A program made the position numbers and the translations under genes. Positions 1 through 13,400 of a stretch of DNA of 64,000 bases are shown here, in pieces. The stretch spans positions 2,914,001 to 2,978,000 of the forward strand of contig OZ176054.1 in the NCBI GenBank assembly GCA_964247055.1. The letters are read 5' to 3'. Numbering within the stretch: the first letter of the stretch is position 1; each line of letters opens with the position of its first letter. Origin of the DNA: Paragordius varius. Its lineage: Eukaryota; Animalia; Nematomorpha. Under the pieces are notes generated by a model. That model ran no database searches. It was given only the letters and a program-made list of their open reading frames with translations, and was not told the DNA's origin.

Positions 1-260
1 ATGAAGTCCCATTAACGGCAATAAACATGTAAATAATACCCTTCATACCCATTTAAAATACCGTAATGGCCTGTAATTGATTTTGTTACTGTAAATAAAT
101 ATACACTTTCAACACATATTAAAAAAATTTCTCTATTAACCGATTTAAAGACCTATGTTAAACAATAATATTGTTGATTTTTTATAATAGGTGTGCAAAA
201 ATAAATCAACGTATTCATATTTATTGCTCCTGAATATCTATACAAATTTTTGGCATCTCT

Positions 261-3200
261 CTATATAGTGAATACATGTAATTTACGCTTTGTTGTAATT
301 AATACAGTATAATCATAATAACAAGCATAATTATCGTATAAAGATGTATCACTGGAGAATATATCGTCGGTGAAATATGTCCCTTTCAAATCTTTAGATT
401 GAATTTCGGAATTGAGAGGAGATTGGCAGTGTGGCAGTATTTCATGAGTTTTTTGGAAGCATACCTCTAAATATTGAATTTGATCATTTACGTTTTTCAA
501 ACTATATGTATATATTAGTGTATGCGCCCCAAGTAATAAAGACCGAGTTTCGGGGTCTCTTAAATTATCCAAATTTTTCTGTAAACATAATTGAGCAAAT
601 GATATGAGATGAATTTCAACCCGTTTTACCGATTCAATACCCAAAATTACGGCATCCCCACACATTGCGATGGCTACTGGCCTAAAATTCGTTTTAAGTT
701 TTAAATAATTAGAATGAAATTCCTTGGTCGCACTAATATGAGACAAAATTTGATTTGAATGATGACATTCTAAGCTTTTGATATGGGTGCTTCCTTCTGA
801 ATTTAAGTTAGTTTTGAAAAAAGTATTTAATATTTTATTTTTCACCATGCGACACATATAAATGTCAAATTCAAAAACTTGTCCATTCAAGGTTGATGAT
901 GAAAACGCAACAACCAACTTTTTATCTTTCAGATACATAACCGTGGAACCTCTTGATACAAAATTTTTGATTCGATGATATATGGGTAGGTGGAAATAAA
1001 AGATAAGATCATCAAATGCTATACCCAAATTGATGGTTTGTTTGCAAATGCGTTGTTTTAAGCACCAAAATTTAGCCTCTCCATCCAAAGAGAATGTCGT
1101 AAGTACATCATTCCAAATCCTTATGTGAAGCATGAGTTTAGAATCGGCTAAAGCAAAGAGTTGTTTTACCTTATGATTTCGAGAGTTGCCTTTAGATGTG
1201 CTGCGTTTGATTGCGGGCACATCGGCTATCGGTTTCGCACACTTTTTTAATGGTTCATGGTGAGAATTTTGTTTTTGAGTAGGCTTATACCATTTCCAAA
1301 CGGTAACCCTGTGATTTGATCCATCTGTCACGATAATATCTTTCCAAACACCCATGGATTTTGGGAAATTATTTGCACCAAAACCATATATTTTTTGACT
1401 GTTTAGGTGTAGAACTGGGTAACATGATTTTGTTTTGTTATAACTAGATGAGGTGGTAAGCGTATGGTAATAAACTGCTTCACGGGAGGATAAACTTAAA
1501 AAATGTGATACATTGTTGTTTTGGATGTTAAATGTGGGGGACATGTCTTCTAACAAACAAATATCTACTATAGCACATTTTCCAAGAACAAATTTAGCTA
1601 AAGGTTTGGGTGGTTTTGTCTTGAATAAGCCTACTTTTTCATATACATTTTGATATGTGTTAGATGAATGGATGAAACATCTAATTTGGTCCGATATATC
1701 CCAAATTAATATGAAACCTATGTTAATAAAATATTAATTTTTTAAAATATCAACGGGTATAAAAGGCGTGATGGTAAAGTAGGTAAGGGTCCTGAACCCT
1801 TACACTGCGTGACGAAACCTGAAACCACGCAATTTTTTCATCATCTCTGTCTGCCCTGGATAGGTGAGTGTAAAGCCTTCACGGGTCCGGATACAATTTA
1901 AGTCCTTACCCTTAAATAAAAAAAAAGGAAAAAAAGACTCTAAACTGTATGTTTTAAGATTATAATATCAAATATTAAAAGCATCCTAGCTTTTACTGAA
2001 AGGAGTATATGTTGGATCCAAGAGAGAGAAAAAATTATTGACCAGTAATATTATAACAGAAAAATATACTAATTGTAATTTAAAAAAAACACAAAATCTT
2101 ATACATTATATTTACCTAAAATTCATTTTTTTATTTTTCATATCAAGTGATAAGCATATGTTCAAAAATTTTTAACTTGTTTGTGACCAGTGCCAGTCAC
2201 TGCCATTAAGCACTATTGGCTGGTCAGACCCGACCTTAGTTTTTATATTATATTTTGTAACTCTAATTCTTAATGAAATTTCTTCTAACAAAAAATAAAT
2301 TAAGTATAATGGTTTACCGAAAAAAATTTGTTACCTGTTGAAAAGGCAGTTAACGCAAAATTGGCCCCATTCGGGAAATTGATAATTTTAAAGGCAGTTA
2401 TTATATCATTATTATCTTTTGAGTTCTCTGAGTCATAATCAAGTAATTTCGATACACATTTACTAAATTTATGGGAATGTGATAAGGGTTTAATAGTGAT
2501 TGCCTTACTTATATTTCCACAATTATTTCTTTTTGCTAAATTATGTGACGTACTATTAAACGAATCATTTGGAATGATGGCGGCGCCTGGCTGAAAGCTG
2601 ATTGGAAAAATTTTATTGCAGGTTCGTAACAAATTTTTCCAGAAATTTTCGGGAAACGTAGGGTGATTGGGTATTCGTTGGTGGTCAGATGAAAGATTAT
2701 TATGGTAAGGTTCAGCATTTAAGTAATTGTTTATTGGAAAACCTAAAAAAAATTAAAAAAAATAAAAAATTAAAATTTACGCTTAATTAGTATTAAATTA
2801 ATAACTGTCAAAAGGTTATTATAAAAATTTCTTATACGACTTCCTGTTGCATGCAATATAATATAATTAAACCGTCCAAAAAATTAAATTTATAATCTCT
2901 GGAGAAGATAGATAGAGAGAGAAAAAGAAAGGATAAAAACTAATTAAATTAAGCCTCGGATCTTATATAGTTTAGTTGTAAACTTTTTCTTTGTCCCTTT
3001 TTAAGTATCAACGACGGCTTCTTCAACACAAATCCTCAAAAGCCTATGAATTCATACATTAAAGGTCAATATTTTTGCTTTAATGTTATCCAATACGTGG
3101 CCATAAAAATTCAATCCAATTCGATAAATAATTATAACGTTTTAGAAATAATTAATTTTATATAAACTAAACAAATTTGAATCCACGTGGGAATTGGTTG

Positions 3201-6200
3201 ATTTTGATTTTGGGCTTCTAACTTATATTTCCACAATTGTGGTTCCTACTAAATTTGTTGATCAGAAATAAATAAAATTATCGGTTTTTAGTATCCTCCG
3301 TTTGGAATTTTTATATTAGGTAGAATATATGATTTTAGGTAAATATTGTCTTAAAAGTCATCGACATATTAATTTTTTTTAAGTTTGTGTAAATCGAAAA
3401 CTAGCAAATTGTGCGCATAATTAAATGTTCAAAAATAAATTTAAACCTAATCAAGATGAGTTTAAATCTAACTAAGGTCAATATTCTTAAATACAAAAAT
3501 TTTATACACAATCCATCATAAAATAAACAATAAATCTACTATATGTATATATTATATATGAAAATTGGATATCACAAATTTTTTGGGGTGTCGACATTTT
3601 CATACATATATATTATAACTTGTTAAACTGTAAACAGAAAACAATTTAAAACAGAGATGAATGTGCACATCTTTCAGATAAATAGTATAACTTGTTTCGT
3701 GCTTGTTGCGATTTCCTAAAACTATACAATAAAAACTGAAATTAAAAGAACAAAAGGTAAAAATATAAAGACAAATATTTTTTTCTAAAAGACAACCAAC
3801 CATACTTTTATAAAGCTTAATTTTTCTTATATAAATTATATAATTACATTTGTAAAATATATAATTGAATAACCAATATACATATCAATTTTATACTTTG
3901 CAATTTAAAACAATGATTTATCTTTTGAAAAATAAAGTTTAAAAAAGTATGGTTGTTAAATAGAGAAAAACATTTGTCTTTATATTTTTAGGTTTTTCCG
4001 TATAAGTTCAGTTTTTACTGTATAAAGAAGGTGTTGTGTTAAATATATCTTGACTGCACATGGTTAAGACATATTTTATCGATTATATAAAATATTTCTA
4101 CTATTTTGCCGCCAAAACTATCACCTCAAAATTTTGATTTAAAATTTGTGTGTCATACAAAGCACTTAATGAATTCAACCTTTTTTAAAATTGAATATAA
4201 TGATATATACGTATACAATTAAACATTCACTACATTTATTTGGTCCCATTATCCAACAAAATATTATTATATATACCATTTACAATTCGAATTCTCCCTT
4301 GAACAATTAAAATTCACCCTGTGTTCTCGGAATAATATAACTCATGATTAATAGGATATATAGTTTTACGACATAGTATATTATTTTTTTCCGTCATATT
4401 TTTAAATATTAAAAAATAAAGGTAATTTTTAGTCGCAGAAAAACACATAATTTATTTTAGGGTGAATTTGATTCGTTCAAGGAAGATTTTGAACTGTAAA
4501 TGGTTTACAAACAACTCTTAAGGACATTAGCAAAAAACCAGCTCATTCATCGTAGGCGCTTAATGTTAACCACAAATTAACCGTGTACTATTTGTTCTAA
4601 GTCCTGATATAACAATATTTGCTGGTGTAAAAATGGTGTTAACGGACCTCCTCAAACTAGATTATTTGATATTTGTCATATCATTTGTTAAGTCCACTGT
4701 ATTCTTTAATTAGTGAATTAAAAATTGAATACAATCTCAGATAAAGGCAAAATTTTATTTCTATACCAAAAATATATGATGAAAACTTTGACTTTTACAA
4801 AAAATTTCCATGTTTAACAAACTCACACACGTGTTTGTCAATAAGTTTGTCAACCTATAAATCACCTCCATTATATATATATTATGTATAAAATTTCAGA
4901 GGAATGCATGCATATAATTCATCTGACATTTAAAAGGGATAGAGAAAAACGTGACCAATCATTACAGACATTCATTATATCTCTGTGTGTAATTATGTAT
5001 ATTGGAAGCGAGAACGCTAATATCTGTCGTTTTAATTGCACTTTTGACTAATAAATTAATTAAATTTTGTTAGCATTTTGTGGCATAAAATTTTTTGGAG
5101 ACGTTAAACTCTGCAAAAAACTTTCTCCCAAAAAATAATTGTTAGATATTTACAAACCTTTAGAGGTATTTCATTTATGTGTGTCTTATGATTAAAAACA
5201 TACACTTTAACTAACGAATTTCAACAATATAAATATTATTGAAAATTGGATGCTTTCTTCCATCTTCGCAAAATTAGATTGAATTGATGATTTATTATGG
5301 ACAGCGTTTAGTCAAATGATTTAACATATAATATAAATCTTTTCTTTGATTATTCATCCATGATGATTTTAGATGTTTTAGTTGGTTAGTTTAGCTTTAG
5401 AATAATATCATAAAAATCTTTAATTAAACATCTCCTGCCTTTGAGATCCTTATAAGTTATTACGAGACCATTTGTGATTGTCATTGAAAGTGTCGAAATA
5501 TTTGCATATATGTTATTTTTGGCATTTTATTATTAGATGAGTTTTGGTTGGTCTTAAAGAAAGCAAAAAATAATGTGTTTGACCTTAAAACAAGACAAGA
5601 GTGTATGTATAATAATCTAAAAGATCTGGTCGTTTCATTTGTTTGCCTTAAAAAAACTAAAATTTTATCTACTTTTGCGGTCAAAGTTTTTTTTACATAA
5701 TAATAATAATTAATACAAGAATGGTTTTACGATAAAGTTATCATCATATATACATACTGCTAAATTTTAGAATAATCTTTTGTTATCTAAATTTTTTTTT
5801 CGTATACATGTACTCATATTAATATAAATTAGTTTTTTTTTTCCTAACTAAAATGACAACAAACTTTATTACAACACAAAAAAAACTAATTATAATATAT
5901 ATTAAAAAATATCTTTTGGCTTTGGATAAATGAAAAAAAAATAAAATAAATCGAAAAAACCACCAAAGTTATATACAGGATTTTCCCCTCTTCATTTTGT
6001 TTGGCAGTAACAAAACTTTAACATACAATTACAGTTAGCATTTGAAATCTAACCATCCATAAACAATATGATATGGTCACTTTCTTAATTGTGGAATAAG
6101 GAAAAACTATTCAAGAACCTAAAAAATTTCATTTTGAACAATAATTAAAGGTTTTTGTTGAATTTACGGATTTATAAATAGCAAGTCAGGAAGAAAGAAA

Positions 6201-7145
6201 GACCTTGAGATGGGGATTAATTTATATGTCATTATTTAAGTAAGAGCTCTATTGCTTTTACTATTGCGCAAATCATTAAAAAATGATTGCTTTATATGAA
6301 AGCTGTTGAGACGTGTTGGTTTTTCTCTATTCTCTAATCACACTTAAATGCGGTTCCCAAAAGGGAGGTAATTCCCCCCAAGATCTAGGGGGCGTATAAG
6401 GGGGCGCAAATAATTTGGAGAATTCAATTTAAATTTACGTATTCAGGTGCGAATTATCAAGATTTGTCACCGATATGAGAAAAATATTTCAAAAAATCAG
6501 ATATAAGGATCTCATTGATTGGGATATTTATATTAAAATAGATTTTTAAATTTTATCTGGAATTTTTTGAGAATTCGTATATTTCGCTATTATGTAGTAC
6601 AAAAACTTGTTTATGATACATGTTCAAAATTTGAATTTGTCACTTAAAATTAAGCAAAAGAAAATTTAGATTTAAGGTAACACCTTTGGACTAATGAAGG
6701 AAAAAAGTAATGAAAATCATAATTGTTTTAGGTATAATATAGATTTAATCGTTCAAAAATTTAACTATAGTTATTAAAAACCCGAACCTGTGAGGGTAAT
6801 TTTGGCTGTTGTGTGCATGTTTTAAGTATTTTTTATAAAAATTATACTTTATAAAAAGGAACTAATGATAATAATAATACCTGCTATATCATTGATGGTA
6901 TCTATCGTAGTATTTGGATAAAAATTTGTATTATGTTGGTTATTGGCTCGTTCGATAAATATCTTAACTTGATTTTTCCACAATTCATGGGCTCGGATAA
7001 GGACATCAAACCATTTACAAACTTTTTCACATTGAGCTAAATCGCGTAATGATAAGAAACGAATGATATCAACTATTATGAATTCCGGAATATTATATAT
7101 CGTGGAAGAGCATTCAAATCCAACCGTAGTTTTTGTTTCTTCCAT
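261..7145 (-). CDS. F-box protein with divergent WD40/beta-propeller-like C-terminal region, 3 exons, about 709 aa
   Basis: Exons 7145-6881, 2742-2335, 1717-261 joined by GT-AG introns, both phase 1, giving one frame. Exon 1 encodes an F-box (IYNIPEFIIVDIIRFLSLRDLAQCEKVCKWFDVLIRAHELWK); exon 2 has FWKNLLR; the exon 2/3 junction reads ALTAFSTG-FILIWDI, a WD-repeat-like end. The 431-aa ORF is open a further 54 codons upstream to the acceptor at 1718-1719. Confidence 0.8.
1758..1936. other. GC-rich, self-complementary element in F-box intron 2 (structured RNA or retroelement UTR fragment; unclassified)
   Basis: GC-rich island with complementary segments GGTAAGG 1782-88/CCTTACC 1904-10, TTACACT 1800-06/AGTGTAA 1867-73, TGCGTG 1806-11/CACGCA 1826-31, GTAAGGGT 1783-90/ACCCTTAC 1796-1803; followed by an A-rich tract. 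Confidence 0.4.
2990..3130 (-). mobile_element. Possible decayed RTE-clade LINE 3' fragment
   Basis: Minus frame reads LNFYGHVL...ICVEEAVVDT*KGTK with stops, resembling the RTE C-terminal RLxFFGHV...GKVEGKR region. Weak. Confidence 0.3.
3727..4020. mobile_element. Tc1/mariner-type MITE, family A, copy 1
   Basis: TA-flanked; TIRs CAATAAAAACTGAA...TTCAGTTTTTACTG; internal sequence shared with 9318-9580, 38498-38781 and about 34200-34425. Confidence 0.8.
4274..4506. mobile_element. Foldback-like MITE, family B, copy 1
   Basis: TIRs TACCATTTACAATTCGAATTCTCCCTTGAAC...GTTCAAGGAAGATTTTGAACTGTAAATGGT with TTCACCCT subterminal motif; related copies at 41057, 43294, 47975. Confidence 0.75.
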
Positions 7146-7789
7146 TAAAAAAATTTAAAAATTACAAAAAGTATTTGCTATTTTTTACATATATACCCTC
7201 AATCGCATAATTGCTGTAAAGTGTGTGTATTATCCCTTTTAAAAAAGTATAATTGTGACGAATAACAATCAACTAGAAACAATCAATCGAAATAAAAAAA
7301 ATTATAAATTTTTAAGTGTCCTTACAAAAATGAGGGGATAAAAAAACTATAAAAATGCATATAATAAATATGAAAAATGAGAACATATATTGGAAGAAGA
7401 ATAAGTAGAAGCTATAAAAAGTATAAAAGCTGGACATTCAGTGTGTAGAGCAAAAGTAACAAAATAAAATAATTTTTAGTGACATTTTTAACTCTGATGA
7501 TAACTATATCATTCGTACTAATAGTAAAATATAAAAGCATGCATATATTATAAGCAAAATTTTAAAATTCATGAAAATTCTTCATTGATAAAATTATACA
7601 ATTATTAATGCATGCTGGAATATTATCAATCATTTGTTATGATGATATAACAGGCGTGTTAAAATAAAAATGCACTATTATTTTGTAGCCCGATAGTCTT
7701 TCTAAGAAATATTGCACGTTTGAAGTTGTTACTAAGTCTCACGGATCTAAGTTGCGCGTTCCGTCCTTGATTATTTTTGGTTATGATGT

Positions 7790-8330
7790 CGTATGGTGTA
7801 GTAATGAGATCTATGGATATAAGATTCAATTAGCCTCACTATATATCCATGATGGTTTTGCTATGAATGCTAGGATAAAATGGGCCAACATATTTAGGAA
7901 ATACCAAAGCCGCAAAAAGGCTTTTTTGGCTAAACGGGATGATAGCTACTTAAATTTATTACGCGCCTGATGTCAAATGGAACCATTATTGACAAACAGT
8001 GGACTAACGGAATATGACAGCATATAACATTATGTACATGCCAACTAGATTGCTCAAAGGTGTTTAAGATCGGGATTGTAGTTGTGCACTACTCATAAAC
8101 GAAGTTTAAAATGCCTAAGCCATTATACCGACCACGAATTGGATTAGATACCTTGAAGTCCCCCTCATGAGTGACTTACACATGAAAGGGATTGATGACC
8201 ACGTAAAGGGAAGAATTCATTTGATAAAATGGTTTAATTGAATAAGAAGAAAGTAGAGAAAAGATGACGGACGCATAGAGGTTGCTTGCACGAAACTTGA
8301 ACATTAGGGATGTGGATAGGAAATTAAAAC
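7790..8330 (+). mobile_element. Decayed RTE-like LINE fragment (post-RT region)
   Basis: Broken frames give DGFAMNARIKWANIFRK, NWIRYLE and MKGIDDHVKGRIHLIKWFN*I, resembling RTE EINARIAKA / RLRWxGHV / GKVEGKRPRGR..RW; many stops and frameshifts. Explains ORF 7752-7970. Confidence 0.4.
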
Positions 8331-9012
8331 ACATGCAACATATTTAATCATTTTTCACCACATCAAAGCAAATTTAAACCCAATAGATATGTGTCCAATT
8401 TTCGTTTAAATTTGTTTGTGTAAAACTATAATCAAATATGCTCTAGAAAAATTGATATCGTTTTCATACATATTTATCTAAATACCCCAGATTAAGTTAA
8501 TATTTTTAGATAACTACAGAAAGAGGCCAATAAATTTATGCCTCTATCTTAATAAAAATTATATAAATAAGCAATATGTAAATTTAATTTAGTTTTGAAA
8601 AAAGTTCCGTATGAAACTACTTCCACGCCATTTTTATTTAACAACACTTTTACAAAATATCGCGTTTATTTGACTCTAAAAGGCCAAAACTTAATATATT
8701 TTTTATTAAAATCATCTTTATCATTGATATAAACTGAAAAGGTGGTATGCATTATTTTCATATTTAGCTTATGCACACATGTCATGTTGGCTAAATTTTT
8801 ACCTGTTGTATTTACCTCTTAAAAAGTAATATCAAGTATTTTTGAATAAAAACTTTTATGTTTCGGTTCATTTATGTTATATGAGTGCAAACTTTTGCCA
8901 TGGTTTCAATTTATTCCATATTTTTTAATATATATATATATAATTTTAAACGTGCCTAGGGTATCTACCTACGCAAGTTTTAATCAAAGGACTAAAATGA
9001 ATGTGTTGTATC

Positions 9013-9659
9013 CAGGGCTTGGAACCGGTTTAAAAAAAGTGGAACCGGAACCGCGTTGGTTCTAAAGAATTTAAAAATAGAACCGGACGGTTCCTAAATT
9101 TTTGGACATTGAGAACCGGTTCCATTTTCGGATCCTAACTTTTGATTAAATGATTTTCTTACAAAATATTTTATCCCATCCGTTGTAATATATTCTGACT
9201 TATTTTTCGAACAGCCGAATCCAAAATTCAGAGAGTATCGCTAATTTAATATTAGGCGCTTAGTTTGAAGTTTTAAGTGTGTAATAATGCAATTTAAATA
9301 ATAGAATAAAATTTTTACAGTAATAATTGATATTATACGGACAAAACAGAAAAATGTAGACAATTTTTTTCAAAAGACAACCTTAATTTTTTAAACCTTA
9401 ATTTATCCTATATAAAATATTAATTAATATTGTAAATATATAATGGATTGTATTACAAATTTACATTTCTGTATTATACTTTGTAGATTAAAACAATGAG
9501 TTATATTTAAAAAAAATCAAGATCTTTTTGAAAAAATATTTGTTTTATATTTTTTGTCAGTATAATTTCAATTTTTACTGTATAATAAAAATCATATGGG
9601 AACCACTAATTAAGGGGGTGGAACGGTTTCGGTTCCATGCGGTTCCGGCGGTTCCAATG
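9013..9659. mobile_element. hAT-type non-autonomous element family D, nested in family C
   Basis: Left TIR CAGGGCTTGGAACC; right end GGTTCCAA--TG (4-bp deletion); GGAACC/GGTTCC subterminal repeats; 8-bp TSD GTTGTATC (9005-12) / GTTGTAAC (9660-67). Confidence 0.75.
9318..9580. mobile_element. Tc1/mariner-type MITE family A, copy 2, nested in family D
   Basis: TA|CAGTAATAATTGATATTATACGGACAAAA ... TTTTGTCAGTATAATTTCAATTTTTACTG|TA. Confidence 0.8.
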
Positions 9660-10406
9660 GTTGTAACCAAGTGTTTATGACTAAATAGCTGGTTTTAATA
9701 TTATATAGATGTTTTTTTATTATAATTTTTGATATTCATTTCGAATGAAACGAACTTTATATATTTAAATGTAAGCATTAAATTTTATATGTGAATTAAG
9801 TTTTCTGATAAGTTTTTATACTGATGCCCTGTCAGCGTTGCAGTGACTTAGTCAAAATGTATTTTCCAATCAGTGCTAGACTATATGTAAGATATAATTT
9901 TAAAAAATACTGAACGAAACGGTCCCATTTTATAATATATATATACTTCTATCCGAATAAATATTATATAAATAAGCGGTAATATACAATAATATTTAGG
10001 TTTGAAAAAAAGTTCCAGGTGTGTAAAATTAACAGGCCATAACTCTTTTTTCCATTTTTAAAATTAATTTTTTATGACATAAATCCTCACAAAAAAGGAG
10101 TATTGTGAAATTTTCGATAAAAATTTTTAAGCACATTTTTTACATCCACACTGTTAAAATTTACTTGACAATGTGTAGACTAAATAACAAGTCTAACATG
10201 TAAATTCCCGAATTTTTCCATTTCTTACTACATTTGTGCTAACTTATTGAGGAAGCCTACATTTTAATGTATATAAATATACAGTTAGCAGTTAGTATAT
10301 TGCCAATAAAAGTATCAAGTTTCAGAAATATTTAGACCATGTCTTTACTAATAACATATAATTAATAAGGAAAAAAACAATCACTCTTAAATTGAATTTA
10401 ATAGTA

Positions 10407-13400
10407 ATGAAATTGACAAAATTATTGCGGAAATATTTGAATTTGCTATTCCCCATTGATTGGTACCTGTCCTTATGTATTGGCATATTTGGATGTTTTT
10501 GTTTAGTTTCAATTATTGCCTATGTCGATGTTGGCTCCTGTAAAAATCTTAATAATTATTTTTGTATCGGAGCAAAGCTGACCAAAATGTTCCCTAAATT
10601 ATTCAATAATATCGAACCAAAATTTTATGATAATAAGATACATTCCGATTCAACAATTGGGATCAATCACTCATTTACGGATTCATCTAAAATAGATTTT
10701 ACTTTTAAATTTGATCAATTGGTTCATACCTCTATGCAAGATTTGTTAAAGGCCATATTTGATTCTCTCCAAACTAATCCGATAATTCATAAAAATGTAC
10801 TGAGAACAGCAATAGAAAACGAAGATAGCCGATTGGATGAACAAACAATTTTATCGCAAAATTTATCAAGATATCAAATTTTTTCATCAAAATATGGAAG
10901 AGCCCTAAACTTATGGCCAGAAAATAGTCCAGGCGATAGAATTATGGATCAGTTATCGCTGAATTCTAAAGATTTACATATGTCAGCCAAGGATGCCGCA
11001 AAATGTTTAAATTCAGATGATTTAAATTTTAATATTAACCATGCTAGGTAAATTGATTTATAAAAGTGTAACTAACATCTAAAAAAGGAATAGAGTAGTT
11101 CCTTTAAAGTAAATTATTTTGTTATAGGGTTTTTGGCCAGTTTTATAAAAGCTATTGATGTTAGAGATTAGATCGAAGTCGATTTGTCGTTATTTATTAA
11201 TAATTTTTCCAGCTTGTATGGTTTAGTGCGATGGATATCCAAATAGTTAAATTTATCAGTCCAACGCATTTTGCATTTAATTGTTATATAGAGTATTTTT
11301 TTACTTTTAAGATTTATTAGAGTTTTATATTAATAATAACAATAATCATTTACTGTGCCTTACATGCTAAAAATCGCTTTATTTCAACGTTGTGGATAAA
11401 AAGGCCTTTTTCAATGAATTAAAATTAAATGTAAAATTCATGAGAAAGATATTGCTTAAAAATTCAGAAAGCATTTTAAATTTGTTTGCATGGAGTAACG
11501 CGTTATTTCCCCAAGATTAGACCGCCCTTATGAATAGGAAAGGGCAAAATGGCAATAGCTTTGTAAGATTTTCCCAAGAAGTGTTAAAATTTAAATAAAC
11601 TATGGCCATTATTAATTTTTAAATGTTTGCTTTGTGTAGAGCGGAACGTTTTTTAAGCTCATAAATCCCCCCTTATTAAAAGTCCTTATATTTGTAAAAA
11701 ACACAAAGTTTCACGCATCTTTAAGAAATACTCCTGAAAATTCATCCGACATTTCTATCCTATCAATTAAATGCGCAGATGTTTTTATATGCTGCCGTCA
11801 GGCTAGTTTTTGAATTGATCCTCAGTCTCACCGTACTTTTGACCCTAAATTAAAGATTAAATGTTATTTAAGTAGAGAGTGCGTAAAAAATCCATTTTTA
11901 AGAGGGCTAAAAAACTTTCCGTTCCCCAATATCGGCCTTACAGTGGCATAGTGAGCGTTTCCGGCATCTGGCGAACATCCTTTTATGACTATTTATTGCA
12001 GCGCCATTTTTCAACCATAATCCAATTAAAAAAATATATTTCGCCCCCCTCTTCCTTAATTTATGGGTATATACACACCTCAAACTTTCCTTACTAAGCC
12101 CCCTACTGCCCTATATTTCATCTATATCAGGGCTTCTTAAACTTTTGTATTTCCCGACCCCATTTATGATAGCAAGTTTCTTAACGACCCCAACAATTCG
12201 AAAACTCTTAGAAATTTTGTTGATATTATTTATCAGGATTATTTCGGTTTTAAGAGATTGACAAAAATAAATCTACATTTTTTATGAACTTCTATAACAT
12301 TTTCTGATTCATAGTTAACTAATACAAAATATTATAATAATCGGTGGTTCTTTTTTAAAGGAAAGAATGATATTATACAAAATCCCCAGAAATGTGTTTA
12401 AATAAACTCGTATGGCTTTTTAATTTTTTTGAAATGGCGTTTCAGTTTTAACCCTACCCAGAGACCTATCTCGAAAAAGCGCTGAGGTAAAATATTTGCC
12501 TTTATAGGGCAGATATTTGGAATCATCTTTGGTACCATCGTCTCATGGGTTAAAAAATACCTCAACACTAAATTATCGTTATATGATGGCATATGTTTAG
12601 GGCAAAGAGGCTTCAAATTAACGGCTAATAGAAACGCCTGATTTTTTTAACCTAGTTACGGATAATAGTTCAAGCTTTTAATGAGCTGGCTTCTTAAAGT
12701 TTCTGTAAATTAGCTCCAAAACAAAGTAATTTCTATATAGTGGCGCATTTTTCGGAGGGTAGCTCCTAACCCAGGGCAGGTATAAAAAAACGCTGGTTAA
12801 AACTTTTTCCCTCATATGGGGAATATCTGGAATTTCATGGAATGCAACGCTCTCATTAGACTAGGTTTTCTGAAATTTGGCTCCAAAGGCATGCTTTGAG
12901 ATAATAAAGCAGTTTTACGCGGGTAGAGTCTAACCAGGAGCGAAGCAAAAAAACGCTTGATTATATTTTTTGCCTTAATTCGGGTAATACCTAGTGTCAT
13001 GATTGATTTTATATACTCTCGTGGTGCCTCAAAACCAAAAAGTCATTCTATGGTGGCGCATTTTTCAGGGCAAGGGCCTAATTAAGAGGTAATTTAATAA
13101 AACCACTCTCCTCATATTTTTGCCCTGGGTAATATTTCAAGCCCTTATTTAACTCATATGGCCTAAGTTTTCTAAAATTTGCCTCCAGTCACGCTGTATC
13201 GATATGGCGGTGCCGTTATAGGCCCCAAAGGTACGCTATTTCCATATGACGAGGCACCTTTTAGCGGGTATCTCCTTATCCAGCAGCCAATATAAAAAAT
13301 AAATATATTTTTTCGACATTTGGATTTGAATGAGTCTACCGGTTTTCCGGAAACAACAAAGCAGCATTTTCCATTAATATATAGATTTTACAAGTTGTTA

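Larger units (their letters stand above)
8475..9673 (+). mobile_element. piggyBac-type (TTAA) MITE family C, 5'-truncated copy interrupted by a family D element
   Basis: 8475-9012 aligns along its length with 15246-15812 and 30522-31057; the terminal CAAGTG resumes at 9668-9673 after the D insertion. Confidence 0.8.

Noticed and set aside
1758-1936. Hammerhead or HDV-like ribozyme, or box C/D or H/ACA snoRNA, assignment for the intronic structured element
   Set aside because: No CTGANGA core paired with the CGAAAC, no consistent HDV P2/P3, and no box D or terminal ACA at the expected position.
5481-5684. ORF 5481-5684 and other 60-100 aa ORFs in introns and intergenic DNA (3600-3803, 11879-13000, 53794-53991, 55756-55977, 60339-61867, 63749-63958)
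   Set aside because: No motifs, compositionally AT-driven, and often inside MITEs or relics; the F-box exons join in phase without 5481-5684.
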